This document shows, one piece after another, positions 1-9,659 of a stretch of DNA of 64,000 bases. The notes beneath the pieces are model-generated. The model did no database searches, was not told the DNA's origin, and was given only the letters and a program-made list of their open reading frames with translations. Every line of letters begins with the position of its first letter. Positions within the stretch are counted from its first letter, which is position 1. Source of the stretch: Deltaproteobacteria bacterium (GTDB lineage Bacteria > Desulfobacterota > Binatia > UBA9968 > JAJDTQ01); assembly GCA_026712905.1 (NCBI GenBank), contig JAPOPM010000098.1:10234-74233 (forward strand), in the 5' to 3' direction. The translations under genes were made by a program, and so were the position numbers.

Positions 1-277
1 CGTCCACGTAGCTCCGCACCTCGCCGAACCAGGGCAGCGCCTCGGCCTTGGTCTTGTTGTTGCCGTACACCAGCGCGAAGGGCTTGCCCTCTCTGGGGAT
101 GAAGCAGATCTCGGGCCGCATCAGGTGGTCGAACTGATAGCTGACGAGTCCGGTGAAGTACCAGAAGTTGTCGCGGCCCGAGGCCACGATGAGGTCCAGC
201 TCGTCGCGCTCCATGAGCCGCTGCAGCTCTTGGTGCCGTGTTTCGTACTCCTCCTGGGGAAACGGTGCTTCGATCAT
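1..277 (-). CDS. Xaa-Pro peptidase/creatinase (M24) family protein, N-terminal part; runs off the window edge
   Basis: Manual translation MIEAPFPQEEYETRHQELQRLMERDELDLIVASGRDNFWYFTG matches the Creatinase_N pattern (EY..R...L...M....LD.......N..Y.TG); GGAG RBS upstream. Confidence 0.75.
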   Translation of the reverse strand, partial: MIEAPFPQEEYETRHQELQRLMERDELDLIVASGRDNFWYFTGLVSYQFDHLMRPEICFIPREGKPFALVYGNNKTKAEALPWFGEVRSYVD

Positions 278-373
278 ACGGGAGCCTCCGGTTCGAGGTT
301 GTGGTGGAAAGCAGCGAGCATACCAAGGGGCCGTGAGCGCCGCAAATCTACGAAGCGTCATTCCCGAGAAAGC

Positions 374-563
374 GGCTGCGTCGGAACTCGTGAGGCAACG
401 GTCCCCCGAAGAGTCATTCCCGCGAAAGCGGGAATCCAGGGGCGGTGGTGGGGCACTACAGCAGCGTTTCTCCGCCTCGCCACCCCTGGATTCCCGCCTT
501 CGCGGGAATGACGTTCCGAGGTGTTGGTGCCGCTACGTGGCCGAGCGCAGTTTTGACACAGCC
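374..563. mobile_element. ~190 bp MITE-like element with imperfect terminal inverted repeats and an internal REP/dRS3-like hairpin (413-512)
   Basis: Ends GGCTGCGTCGGAACTC (374-389) and CAGTTTTGACACAGCC (548-563); internal GTCATTCCCGCGAAAGCGGGAATCCAGGGG...CCCCTGGATTCCCGCCTTCGCGGGAATGAC; homologous inverted copy at 7374-7561. Confidence 0.7.
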
Positions 564-597
564 TGGGAAGCGGGAATCCAGGGGTTGTACCGACGGC

Positions 598-1986
598 TCA
601 GAACTCGGCGAATCCGGGGACACGGGGGAAGGGGATGACGTCGCGGATGTTCCCCATGCCGGTCATGAACTGCACCAGGCGCTCGAATCCCAGTCCGAAA
701 CCCGCGTGGGGCGCCGAGCCGTAGCGCCGCAGCTCCAGGTACCACCAGTACTCCTCTTCGGGCAGGCCGCACTCCCGGATCCGCTGCTGGAGCTGCGCCA
801 GGCGGTGCTCCCGCTGCGAGCCGCCGATGATCTCGCCGATCTTGGGCACGAGCACGTCCATGGCCGCCACGGTGCGCTCGTCGTCGTTGAGGTACATGTA
901 GAACGCCTTGATTTCCTTGGGATAGTCGATGACGATGACCGGCCGGCCCACGTGCTCTTCGACGAGGTAGCGTTCGTGCTCGCTCTGCAGGTTGACGCCC
1001 CACGACACCGGGTACTCGAAATCGCGGTCGGAGCCCTGGAGGATGTCCACCGCCTCGCTGTAGGTCATGCGCTCGAAGGGCTGTTCCACGATGTTCGTGA
1101 GGGTCTCCAGCACCGTGTCGTCGATGCGCTGGTTGAAGAAGGCCATGTCCTCCGGGCAGCTTTCCAGCACGTCCCTGGTGACGTCCTTGAGGAACGCCTC
1201 GGCCAAATCCATGTTTCCCTGGATGTCGCAGAAGGCCATCTCCGGCTCCACCATCCAGAACTCCGCCAAGTGCCGGCTGGTGTTGGAATTCTCGGAGCGG
1301 AAGGTGGGTCCGAAGGTGTAGACGTTGGTCAGGGCCAGGGCGGCGATCTCCGCTTCGAGCTGGCCCGACACCGTGAGCCGCGCCTCCTTGCCGAAGAAGT
1401 CCTGGGAGTAGTCCACGCCGCCCGACTCGGTTCGCGGCGCCTTGTCCGGATCCAACGCCGAGACCCGGAACATCTCGCCGGCGCCCTCGCAGTCCGAAAG
1501 CGTGATGATGGGGGCATGGAGGTGGATGAAGCCGCGATCCTGAAAGGCCCGGTGGATCGCCTGGGCGGCGGCGTTCCGCACCCGCATCACCGCGCCGAAG
1601 GTGTTGGTGCGCATGCGCAGGTGGCCCAGGGTGCGCAGGAACTCGAAGCTGTGGCGCTTCTTCTGAAGCGGATAGTCCTCGTCCGCGTGGCCCACCACCT
1701 CCACCCCTGTCGCCTGGATCTCGTAGCGCTGCCCCTTGCCCGGCGATTCCACCAGCCGTCCGGCGACGCGCACGCAGCTACCGGTGGTGAGTTTGCCGAT
1801 CTCGGACTCGTAGTTGTCCAGCTCCGGCGCGGCCACGGCCTGGATGCCGGCCATGCACGAGCCGTCCGAGACGTCGAGGAACGACACGTTCTTGCTGTGG
1901 CGCACGGTGCGCAGCCACCCCTCCACGGTCACGTCCGAGCCCGCGGAGCGGTGGTCGAGCAGGTCTTTGATACGTTCCTTTGCCAT
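598..1986 (-). CDS. asnS: Asparagine--tRNA ligase
   Basis: OB-fold N-terminus, [56 protein letters not shown] class IIb motifs. Confidence 0.97.
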   Translation of the reverse strand: MAKERIKDLLDHRSAGSDVTVEGWLRTVRHSKNVSFLDVSDGSCMAGIQAVAAPELDNYESEIGKLTTGSCVRVAGRLVESPGKGQRYEIQATGVEVVGHADEDYPLQKKRHSFEFLRTLGHLRMRTNTFGAVMRVRNAAAQAIHRAFQDRGFIHLHAPIITLSDCEGAGEMFRVSALDPDKAPRTESGGVDYSQDFFGKEARLTVSGQLEAEIAALALTNVYTFGPTFRSENSNTSRHLAEFWMVEPEMAFCDIQGNMDLAEAFLKDVTRDVLESCPEDMAFFNQRIDDTVLETLTNIVEQPFERMTYSEAVDILQGSDRDFEYPVSWGVNLQSEHERYLVEEHVGRPVIVIDYPKEIKAFYMYLNDDERTVAAMDVLVPKIGEIIGGSQREHRLAQLQQRIRECGLPEEEYWWYLELRRYGSAPHAGFGLGFERLVQFMTGMGNIRDVIPFPRVPGFAEF

Positions 1987-2032
1987 GGCTGTTCAGCGTC
2001 TCCTTTCCGAGTGCGGCCGCGTTGGTCCTGTC

Positions 2033-2746
2033 CTATAGCCCTACGCCCACGATCATCCGTAGCGCCAGCAGCGTGACGACCCACTTGAGGATCTTGCGGA
2101 ACAGGGCCTCGGGGACCCGGGCGCGCCAGCGGGTGCCGACCCAGGAACCCAGGGTCGCGCTCAGGATCATGCCGCCGATCAGGTAAAGGTACGGCGCAAA
2201 GGTGAATCCAAGCAAGAAGAAAGTCGACACCTTGATGATGTGCACCGCCGTCATCTGGGTGGAGTGCGTGATGACCAGACGGTCCCGGGACAGCCCCTCG
2301 CGGATCAGGAAGGGCATGTTCAGGGGGCCGACGACGCCCACGAACAGCGACAGAAAGGTCTGTACCGCGCCGACGATGCCGAACTTGCCGGGTATCCGCG
2401 GCACGGTTCGGACCGCCGGGGCCCACGTAATCAGGAGAATGAAGCAGCCGATGATCAGCGGCAGGTAGTCGGAGCTGATGTCCACCAGCAGCAGCGAGCC
2501 CAGGGACGCCCCCAGCACCGCGCCCACCACAAAGGGCGCGAACAGCGTCCACACCACGTGGCGCAAGCCGAACAGCGTGCGCGTGAGGTTGCTGAAGATC
2601 TGCACCATCCCGTGCACCGGGATGATGGCGAACGTCGGGATCAGCCCGGGCATGACCGAGATGAGCAGGATGCCGCCGCCGAGGCCCACCACCGCGGCGG
2701 TGGTGGAGGCGACGAAGGTCACGAGGATGAGGAAGAGCTCGGGCAT
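2033..2746 (-). CDS. Sulfite exporter TauE/SafE family membrane protein
   Basis: G.GGG.LL N-terminal motif, two-fold repeated TM architecture, 237 aa. Confidence 0.85.
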   Translation of the reverse strand: MPELFLILVTFVASTTAAVVGLGGGILLISVMPGLIPTFAIIPVHGMVQIFSNLTRTLFGLRHVVWTLFAPFVVGAVLGASLGSLLLVDISSDYLPLIIGCFILLITWAPAVRTVPRIPGKFGIVGAVQTFLSLFVGVVGPLNMPFLIREGLSRDRLVITHSTQMTAVHIIKVSTFFLLGFTFAPYLYLIGGMILSATLGSWVGTRWRARVPEALFRKILKWVVTLLALRMIVGVGL

Positions 2747-2806
2747 GGCTTCAGGGGCGCGTCACGCCGGGCGGTCGAGGGCCGCGCCCCTGGTTCAGGT
2801 GGCGTT

Positions 2807-3607
2807 TCAGGAGGCCGCCGGGCCTTTCTCCCGCACCACCGGATTGCGCAGCGTGCCGATGTGGCTGATGTCGACGGCCACCGCGTCGCCGTCCTTCATG
2901 TTCTCGGTGGCCCCGTCCGTGCCCATCCACAGAATGTCTCCGGGCACCAGGGTCAGGTAGCGGCTCATGGCGCTGATGTAGCTGGCCACGCTGAAGATGG
3001 CGTCCTTCACGTCGTACTCACCCACCACCCGGTCGTTCAGGGTGATGGTGACGTGCAGGTCGTCGGGGTCGAGGTCGGTAACGATCCACGGACCCATGGG
3101 CTTGAACGTGTCGGTGTTCTTGGCGCGCCACAGGGTCCGGTCGGACCGTTGCCAGGTGCGTTCGCTCACGTCGTTGCCGATGGTGTAGCCGAACACGTAG
3201 TCCAGCGCCTCGTCCTCGGAAACGTTGCGGCAGGCACGGCCGATGACCGCCACCAGCTCGCCCTCGTACTGCACCTTCTCCGAGGCGTCATGGGGAATGA
3301 CGATGGCGTCTCCGTCAGCCGCCAGCGCGTTGACCGCCCGGTAGCCCACGTCGGGCTTGGGCGGAAACACCGGCTCCTCGTCGCGGACCTGTGCGGCGAA
3401 GGTGACGTGCTCGCGGTAGTTGACGCCGGCGGCGTAGAAGGTCGGCGGCACCACCGGCGCCAGCAACTTGATCTCGCTCAGAGCATGAGTCTCGCCGGTG
3501 ACGGTGTAGTTTTCGAAGGGGCTGCCCCCGATGACGTTGACGGTGTCCGTGTCGTCGATGAAGCCGAACACCGTCTTGTTGTCGTTGTGGAATCTGCACC
3601 ACCTCAT
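2807..3607 (-). CDS. Fumarylacetoacetate hydrolase family protein
   Basis: AGVNYREH, YEGELVAVIG, GYTIGNDVSER, KNTDTFKPMGP, TLVPGDIL..GT motifs; likely start MRWCRF at 3607. Confidence 0.93.
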   Translation of the reverse strand: MRWCRFHNDNKTVFGFIDDTDTVNVIGGSPFENYTVTGETHALSEIKLLAPVVPPTFYAAGVNYREHVTFAAQVRDEEPVFPPKPDVGYRAVNALAADGDAIVIPHDASEKVQYEGELVAVIGRACRNVSEDEALDYVFGYTIGNDVSERTWQRSDRTLWRAKNTDTFKPMGPWIVTDLDPDDLHVTITLNDRVVGEYDVKDAIFSVASYISAMSRYLTLVPGDILWMGTDGATENMKDGDAVAVDISHIGTLRNPVVREKGPAAS

Positions 3608-3621
3608 TCGAACGTCTCCTT

Positions 3622-5076
3622 CTATCGGTCTGTCACCACCCAATGGTCCATGAAGTCACGCACCCGCATCGTTGCCAGGACGTCGCGTGACGCGCACGTC
3701 CGGAGTATCGCGTCGCACTGGGCCGCGGGAAGGTGCGCGGTCAAATGGCGCTCGAACTTCTCTTCCAGTAGCGGCACGGCTTCGCCCCGGCGCCTGCGGT
3801 GGCCGATGGGGTAGGGCACTTCCACCCGCGCCGTGGCGCTGCCGTCCTTGAAGTGCACCTGAACCGCGTTGCCGATGGCGCGCTTGTCGGGGTCCATGTA
3901 GTCGACCGTGAATTGCGGGTTCTCCCGCACCTCCATCTTGTCGCGCAGCGCGTCGATGCGCGGGTCCCGGGCCACTTCGTCCTCGTAGTGCCGCGCGGTG
4001 AGCTCGCCATGGATCAGCGGCACCGCCACCATGTACTGCAGGCAGTGGTCCCGGTCCGCGGGGTTGTCCAGCGGTCCGGTCTTGTCGATGATGCGCGAAC
4101 CCGCTTCCTGGGTCTCGAGGACTACGCGCTCGACGTCGTCGAGGCGGTCCTTGACCGCGCCGTGCAGTTCCAGCGCCGCCTCCACCGCGGTCTGGGCGTG
4201 GAACTCCGCGGGGAAGGAGATCTTGAACAGCACGTTTTCCATGACGTAGCTGCCGTAGGGCTGGCTGAACGTGAACGGCCGGCCGTTGAACAGCACGTCG
4301 TAGTAGCCCCAGCCCTTGGCCGAAAGCGCCGACGGATAGCCCATCTCGCCCTGGCGCGCCATGAGCGCCAGCCGCACCGCCCTGCCGGCGGCGTCGCCGG
4401 CGGCCCAACTCTTGCGCGAGCCGGTGTTGGGCGCGTGCCGGTAGGTGCGCAGCGCGCCGCCGTCGATCCAGGCGTTGGACAGCGCGTTCACCACCTGTTC
4501 TTCGTCGCCGCCGAGCATGGCCGCCGCCACCGCGGTGCTGGCTACCCGCACCAAGAGCACGTGGTCCAGCCCCACGCGGTTGAAGCTGTTCTCCAGCGCC
4601 ATGACGCCCTGGATCTCGTGCGCCTTGATCATGCCTGTCAGCACGTCGCCCATGGTGACGGCGCCGGCCCCGTCGCCCGCGCGGCGGTCGAGGTAGTCCG
4701 CCACCGCGATGATCGCGCCCAGGTTGTCCGAGGGGTGGCCCCATTCCGCTGCCAGGAAGGTGTCGTTGAAGTCGAGCCAGCGGATCATGGCGCCGATGTT
4801 GAAGGCGGCCTGGACCGGGTCCAGCTCCCAGGCCGTGCCCGGCACGCGCACGCCCCCGGGCATGACCGCGCCGGGCACCACCGGTCCCAGGAGCTTGGTG
4901 CATGCTGGAAACTCGAGCGCCGCCAGGGCGCAGCCCAGGCTGTCCATGAGACACAGACGCGCGGTCTCCCGCGCCTCATCGGAGAACGGCCCGGCGGAGA
5001 GGGCGTAGGCGGCCATGTCGGAAAGGACCGCGTCGGGCCGGGGCCGTTGGGCGTCGCGCACGGAAACGTCAGTCAT
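3622..5076 (-). CDS. prpD: 2-methylcitrate dehydratase
   Basis: [63 protein letters not shown] motifs. Confidence 0.96.
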   Translation of the reverse strand: MTDVSVRDAQRPRPDAVLSDMAAYALSAGPFSDEARETARLCLMDSLGCALAALEFPACTKLLGPVVPGAVMPGGVRVPGTAWELDPVQAAFNIGAMIRWLDFNDTFLAAEWGHPSDNLGAIIAVADYLDRRAGDGAGAVTMGDVLTGMIKAHEIQGVMALENSFNRVGLDHVLLVRVASTAVAAAMLGGDEEQVVNALSNAWIDGGALRTYRHAPNTGSRKSWAAGDAAGRAVRLALMARQGEMGYPSALSAKGWGYYDVLFNGRPFTFSQPYGSYVMENVLFKISFPAEFHAQTAVEAALELHGAVKDRLDDVERVVLETQEAGSRIIDKTGPLDNPADRDHCLQYMVAVPLIHGELTARHYEDEVARDPRIDALRDKMEVRENPQFTVDYMDPDKRAIGNAVQVHFKDGSATARVEVPYPIGHRRRRGEAVPLLEEKFERHLTAHLPAAQCDAILRTCASRDVLATMRVRDFMDHWVVTDR

Positions 5077-5095
5077 GGTGAAAAAGGGTTCGGGG

Positions 5096-5977
5096 CTATT
5101 CCTTGCTGAACAGCGCGTCCAGCTTCTGCTCGTAGGCGTGGTAGCCGAGCACGTCGTAGAGCTGCTCGCGGGTCTGCATCCGCTCGGTCAGGCTGCTCTG
5201 GGTGCCGTCCTGGCGGATGGTGCGGTAGACGTCCATGGCGGTCTGGCTCATGGCGCGGAACGCGGACAGGGGATAGAGCACGAGCCCGACCCCGGCCTCC
5301 CTGAGCTCGTCGACGCCGAACAGGGGCGTCTTGCCGAACTCGGTCAGGTTGGCGAGCACCGGCACCTCCACGTTTTCGCAGAAGGCGCGGTAGTGCCCCA
5401 GCGTGTACACTGCCTCGGGGAAGATCATGTCCGCGCCCGCCTCGACGTACCGCCGCACCCGCTCCAGCGCCGCGTCCAGCCCTTCGCTGGCGAACGCGTC
5501 GGTGCGCGCCATGATCACGAACGGTTCGTCGGTGCGTCCGTCGGCCGCCGCCTTGATGCGGTCCACCATCTCGTCGGTGGAGACGATTTGCTTGTTGGGC
5601 CGGTGGCCGCAGCGCTTGGCCGCGACCTGGTCCTCCATATGGACCGCGGCCGCCCCGGCCCGGATCATTTCGCGTATGGTGCGGGAGATGTTGAAAGCCG
5701 TGCCCCAGCCGGTGTCGATGTCCACCAGCAGCGGCAAGGGGCTCGCCGCGGTGATCCGGCGCACATCCTCGAGCACGTCGTTCAGGGTGGTGATGCCCAG
5801 GTCCGGCTGGGCGAAGGAGGCGTTGGCCACTCCCGCACCGGAAAGATAGAGCGCGCGAAAGCCCTGGCGCTCGGCCAGCAGCGCGCAGTAGGCGTTGATG
5901 GCGCCCACCACCTGCAGCGGGCGTTCTTCCCGCACGGCGCGCCGGAACCTGGCTCCGGGTGATTTCTCGTGTTCCAT
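5096..5977 (-). CDS. prpB: Methylisocitrate lyase
   Basis: [41 protein letters not shown] motifs; start [12 protein letters not shown]; adjacent to prpD. Confidence 0.96.
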   Translation of the reverse strand: MEHEKSPGARFRRAVREERPLQVVGAINAYCALLAERQGFRALYLSGAGVANASFAQPDLGITTLNDVLEDVRRITAASPLPLLVDIDTGWGTAFNISRTIREMIRAGAAAVHMEDQVAAKRCGHRPNKQIVSTDEMVDRIKAAADGRTDEPFVIMARTDAFASEGLDAALERVRRYVEAGADMIFPEAVYTLGHYRAFCENVEVPVLANLTEFGKTPLFGVDELREAGVGLVLYPLSAFRAMSQTAMDVYRTIRQDGTQSSLTERMQTREQLYDVLGYHAYEQKLDALFSKE

Positions 5978-6009
5978 GTCTGCCTTGTCCCCGCTTGTCC
6001 CGGCGTGGC

Positions 6010-6660
6010 TCAGAAATAGGACAGGTCCAGGGCGCCCACCCGCTGGAGATGGGTGATGTCGCCCCAGGTCTCCAACCCCCAGGTGCCGTCCTGGAACTTG
6101 AAAAGGTTGACGCTGGCGTTCTTGAACGAAAAGCGCCGGGGTGCGTCCAGCGGGATGGACAGGGTGTGCCGGAACAGAGCGCTCAGGACGCCGCCGTGGG
6201 TGACCACCATGATGCTCTTGCCCTCGTGGCGCCGGGCCAACACTTCCAGGCACTCCATGTTGCGCGCGGACTGTTGCCGGAAACTCTCTCCCGACGGCAC
6301 CGCGTGGTCCGCTCCGCCCTTGCGGTGCTCCTCGTACTCCGTCGGGTAACGTTTACGGATCTCGTCGCCGTCGAGCCCCTGAAAGATGCCGAGGTTGCGC
6401 TCGCGCAGGCGCGGGTCGGACACGACCTCATGTCCGGTCTTTTCCGCGATGGTCCTGGCGGTCTCGTAGGCGCGCCCCAGGTCGCTGCTGTAGATGGCGT
6501 TGCAACTGTCCGGAGTGAACCGCTGCGCCAGCGCTTCCGCCTGCGCGCGCCCCTTGGCCGTGAGCGTGCTGTCGAGGTGCCCCTGGCGCCGCCCCTCCGT
6601 GTTCCACTCGGTCTCGCCGTGCCGCACGGCGATGACGTAGGTCGCCTCCATGCCGGACAT
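6010..6660 (-). CDS. Histidine phosphatase (phosphoglycerate mutase) family protein
   Basis: [31 protein letters not shown] motifs. Confidence 0.92.
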   Translation of the reverse strand: MSGMEATYVIAVRHGETEWNTEGRRQGHLDSTLTAKGRAQAEALAQRFTPDSCNAIYSSDLGRAYETARTIAEKTGHEVVSDPRLRERNLGIFQGLDGDEIRKRYPTEYEEHRKGGADHAVPSGESFRQQSARNMECLEVLARRHEGKSIMVVTHGGVLSALFRHTLSIPLDAPRRFSFKNASVNLFKFQDGTWGLETWGDITHLQRVGALDLSYF

Positions 6661-6758
6661 CCTAGCCAATGGACCTTGAAATTTCTATCGGAATGCGGGA
6701 TAGGCCACTACGGAACCCATCGCGGAGACATCACCAGACATCCCCAAGGAGGAGAACC

Positions 6759-7196
6759 ATGGAAGCTCAGACCTTTTCAGTAAAGACCCCCTGCATCACC
6801 GGCGGCCGCAGCCACATGCCGCTGGTTCGGACCGACGTCCTGATGAGCGGCCTCAACTACTATGCCCCCGGCCGCAAGAACAAGCTCCACACCCACCCCG
6901 GCGAGGACCACATGTTCGTCGTGCTCGACGGCGAGGCCACCTTCTTCGACAAGGACCAGAAGGCTACGGTCCTGGGAAAGGGCGAGGGCATCCTTCTTCC
7001 CGAAGGGGTCTACTACCAGTTCGAGAGCACCGGCGACACCGCGCTCGCGCTGCTGCGCTTCGCCGCCTACAAATCGGACCGAAAAGACATCCGGCGAGTC
7101 GACGCGACAGGGGAGAACGCCCGGACCGAGGACGAGATGGACTACGTCTGCGTCGATGGCGAAGTCGTCGAGGGGGAGGAGTGGACGCTGGGGTGA
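6759..7196 (+). CDS. Cupin domain protein
   Basis: LHTHPGEDHMFVVLDGEATF cupin motif; AAGGAGG RBS before ATG 6759. Confidence 0.85.
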   Translation: MEAQTFSVKTPCITGGRSHMPLVRTDVLMSGLNYYAPGRKNKLHTHPGEDHMFVVLDGEATFFDKDQKATVLGKGEGILLPEGVYYQFESTGDTALALLRFAAYKSDRKDIRRVDATGENARTEDEMDYVCVDGEVVEGEEWTLG

Positions 7197-7224
7197 CACT
7201 GGCGAGCCAGGGAACCCTCGAAAC

Positions 7225-7373
7225 GTCATTCCCGTGAATTGGGGTGTGGCAATACACCGCCAAACCACGACACGGCACCGCCACCCCGAATCGTCGGTCC
7301 CGCGGAAGCAGGCTGTGTCGAAACTCCGTCCGGGAGAGGCAACGACCCCCTGAATCGTCATTGCCGCGGAAGC
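7225..7373. repeat. Degenerate/truncated copies of the REP + MITE-end junction
   Basis: CGTCATTCCCG (~7234), GAATCGTCGGTCCCGCGGAAGCA-GGCTGTGTCGAAACTC (~7288-7326), GAATCGTCATTGCCGCGGAAGC (~7352-7373). Confidence 0.6.
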
Positions 7374-7561
7374 GGCTGTGTCAAAACTGGTGAGGCACCA
7401 CCCCCCGAATCGTCATTCCCGCGGAAGCGGGAATCCAGGGGTGGCCGGGCGGGGAAACGCCCCTGCAGTGCCCCACCACCACCCCTGGATTCCCGCTTCC
7501 GCGGGAATGACGATTCGGGGGGCGGTGCCGGTTTCAATTCAAGTGGCAGTCTAACGCAGCC
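7374..7561. mobile_element. Second copy of the ~190 bp MITE-like element, opposite orientation to 374-563
   Basis: Ends GGCTGTGTCAAAACTG and CAGTCTAACGCAGCC; long internal hairpin GAATCGTCATTCCCGCGGAAGCGGGAATCCAGGGGTGG...CCACCCCTGGATTCCCGCTTCCGCGGGAATGACGATTC; loop closely similar to the reverse complement of copy 1. Confidence 0.7.
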
Positions 7562-7572
7562 TGCCGCGCGCA

Positions 7573-8736
7573 TCAGATGTGATTTTCGATCTCGTCCAGC
7601 GGCGTCACCCAAACGCGGTCCGTGTCGATGGGGTAGGCGCTTCCCTGCGGCACCACGACGAACAGCCTGTCCAGGTCCAGCAGATCGACGGCCGTCCGGC
7701 TTCCCTTGGTGAGGCTGGGGTTCGATGAAGTCTTGAACTCGAACCCGATCCGTTTCCCGTCGCGCTCCACAACCAAATCGATTTCCTCTCCGGTGCGCGT
7801 CCTGAAAAAGCCGTACATCCCTCGCGGCTGAAGCAGAGAAAGAACGTTCTCCAGCGCAAACCCTTCCCAGCACGCACCGTAGACCGGATGGCCGTACAAC
7901 TTGTCGAAGCTGTCCAGTTCCAGCAGGCAGGTCAGCAGCCCGGAATCCCGTACATAGAGCTTGGGCGATTTGACCAACCGCTTCTTTGTGTTGACGGCGA
8001 AGGGCGGTAGCCGGCGCATCATGAACGTGGCTTCGAGGATGTCGATGTGCCTCTTCAGGGTGGGGTGCGTTCGGTCCAGGGATTGCCCGAGGGCCGAGTA
8101 GTTCACGATCTGGCCGTGCAGGTGGCAGCACATGAGCCAGAGCCGCCGCATGTATTGCGGTGTCAGATCGATTCCGAACTGACGCAAGTCGCGCTCGACG
8201 AAGGTCTGTATGTAGCTCTCGCGCCAGCGAAAGCTGCGGCCGTCCGTGGTTGCCAGGTAACTGGAAGGGAACCCGCCGCGCCACAACAACCTACGCCAGT
8301 CCGTGGGTCCCTTCTCCGGCCGTTCCAACTCTTTCTGATGGAACGGGGTGATGTAGACATAGGACAGCCGCCCCGCGAGAGTCTCGGAAGACTGCCGAAG
8401 AAGCTCGGGAGAAGACGAACCGAGGATCAGGAACCGCCCGGCACGACGGTCCTCGTCGACCAACGAACGCAACAGCGGGAACAGGTCGGGCCGCAGTTGC
8501 ACCTCGTCGATGCACACCAACTTGTCACGGTGCAGGGAGAGAAAGGTCTCCGGGTCCTGTAAACGGGACAGGTGGGATGGGCGTTCGAGGTCCAGGTACA
8601 GAGTATTCGGGCGTGACGATATCACCGCCTTGGCAAGAGTGGTCTTCCCTGCCTGCCGCGGTCCGAGGATGGCCACCGCCGGAAACTGTTCCAGATCCGT
8701 GAGGACCGTATGGTGGACTTGCCGTTGGATCTTCAT
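7573..8736 (-). CDS. AAA+ ATP-binding protein (AAA_14 + DUF4143, C-terminal PD-(D/E)xK-like motif)
   Basis: Walker A GPRQAGKT, Walker B IDEVQ, LILGSS, ETLAGR, GGFP, KRLVKSPKLY..DSG, EIDLVVE..GFEFK. Confidence 0.92.
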   Translation of the reverse strand: MKIQRQVHHTVLTDLEQFPAVAILGPRQAGKTTLAKAVISSRPNTLYLDLERPSHLSRLQDPETFLSLHRDKLVCIDEVQLRPDLFPLLRSLVDEDRRAGRFLILGSSSPELLRQSSETLAGRLSYVYITPFHQKELERPEKGPTDWRRLLWRGGFPSSYLATTDGRSFRWRESYIQTFVERDLRQFGIDLTPQYMRRLWLMCCHLHGQIVNYSALGQSLDRTHPTLKRHIDILEATFMMRRLPPFAVNTKKRLVKSPKLYVRDSGLLTCLLELDSFDKLYGHPVYGACWEGFALENVLSLLQPRGMYGFFRTRTGEEIDLVVERDGKRIGFEFKTSSNPSLTKGSRTAVDLLDLDRLFVVVPQGSAYPIDTDRVWVTPLDEIENHI

Positions 8737-8739
8737 ATG

Positions 8740-8766
8740 CAAATTGTAAATGACATTTACAATTTG
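8740..8766. promoter_or_regulatory. Perfect 13-bp-arm palindrome (operator-like) abutting the AAA ATPase start
   Basis: CAAATTGTAAATG-A-CATTTACAATTTG, AT-rich in a GC-rich genome, 3 nt upstream of ATG 8736. Confidence 0.6.
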
Positions 8767-8837
8767 TCAAATTTATCGCTCAGGTTTGTGAGAGGTTGTT
8801 GGTTCCGGCGGTGAAGACTGCCCGGGACGGCAACGGA

Positions 8838-9302
8838 CTAGGGTTCAGTCACACAGGTAACGGGTGTGTCCTTAGCTACGAGTTCCTTCCAGTCGATGCC
8901 CAACAACTCTCTAGCGGACAGGGCCTTATCCCCAGCGGGATCCCCTTCGCGAAACATCTTGACAGTGAAAACCTGATTATGGGTTCCGGCCATGATGGGT
9001 TGGCCCCCGTAAACGTTCACGTTGCCGGATGGCGTGACCTGTGCCGTAATGGGCGTATGCCCGACCTGCCGGTTGGTACTGGAAGAACCACTACCTACGA
9101 TCATGAAACGATCGAATTCCCGTTTGATTGTTTCTATCGAGGCTTGATGCAAGGCCACCCGTTCGGCGCCCTCTTGGCCGCAAGCCGGAGCGGCTCGGGC
9201 TGTGATTTGCACGGCATCCGTTGCCAGTGGGACAGTGCTAACACGGACGCATCCTGTCAGAAGCATGGCCAAGACGAGCAAGGCAACTCTCATCAGTTTC
9301 AC
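8838..9302 (-). CDS. Hypothetical lipoprotein (island cargo)
   Basis: Signal peptide with lipobox LTGC; GGAGG RBS; visibly lower GC than flanks. Confidence 0.75.
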   Translation of the reverse strand: MKLMRVALLVLAMLLTGCVRVSTVPLATDAVQITARAAPACGQEGAERVALHQASIETIKREFDRFMIVGSGSSSTNRQVGHTPITAQVTPSGNVNVYGGQPIMAGTHNQVFTVKMFREGDPAGDKALSARELLGIDWKELVAKDTPVTCVTEP

Positions 9303-9359
9303 CTCCAGACGCCAAACCGATAACCGTCATCGACGCGACCTGTCAAGCCAAGCCGGTGT

Positions 9360-9560
9360 CTCTCCGCCATAGTGGGCGCGACCGATTCGTCGCCATCCCA
9401 CAAGCTGGTGAGAATGACACAGCTGATCGAACTGAAGAAAGACATCCGCACCGCACGGTACAAGGCATGTTGCTGGAAATGGCGCTGCCGGGTTGGAGGG
9501 AGGTCCCGAGAGCATTGCCGCTACGGGACTCTCACCTTCGAGGCTCGCGCCGATGCAGTC
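9360..9560 (+). pseudogene. Frameshifted relic of a phage portal-like gene, paralogous to 9839-10741
   Basis: Segments in different frames FVAIPQAGENDT / LIELKKDIRTARYK / GMLLEMALPGWREVPRALPLRD align with LLAVPQDGGDGDE / LAALKADIRTARGK / ALLVETSAAGWGEGRGAAPARD. Confidence 0.65.
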
Positions 9561-9569
9561 AGACGCCGA

Positions 9570-9623
9570 TGTCAAAGTCAGCTGAAAATGTCCCATTTGT
9601 GTCAATCGAAAAGGTCCCACTTC
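9570..9623 (+). mobile_element. IS21-family-like terminal sequence (isolated end; no istA/istB)
   Basis: Starts TGTCAA and carries two tandem sub-terminal repeats GAAAATGTCCCATTT / GAAAAGGTCCCACTT, the architecture typical of IS21 ends. Confidence 0.55.
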
Positions 9624-9659
9624 TGATGAGGGGGGTGGTGCGGGACAGACGCCCTCCGG

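Noticed and set aside
445-3814. Long plus-strand ORFs 445-2076 and 2240-3814
   Set aside because: Antisense shadows of asnS, TauE and FAA hydrolase genes; typical stop-codon scarcity in high-GC DNA, no motifs.
7200-7561. Repeat cluster as a possible CRISPR array
   Set aside because: Repeats are irregular in length and spacing, nested and palindromic over ~100 bp, with no unique equal-length spacers and no cas genes; better explained as REP/MITE debris.
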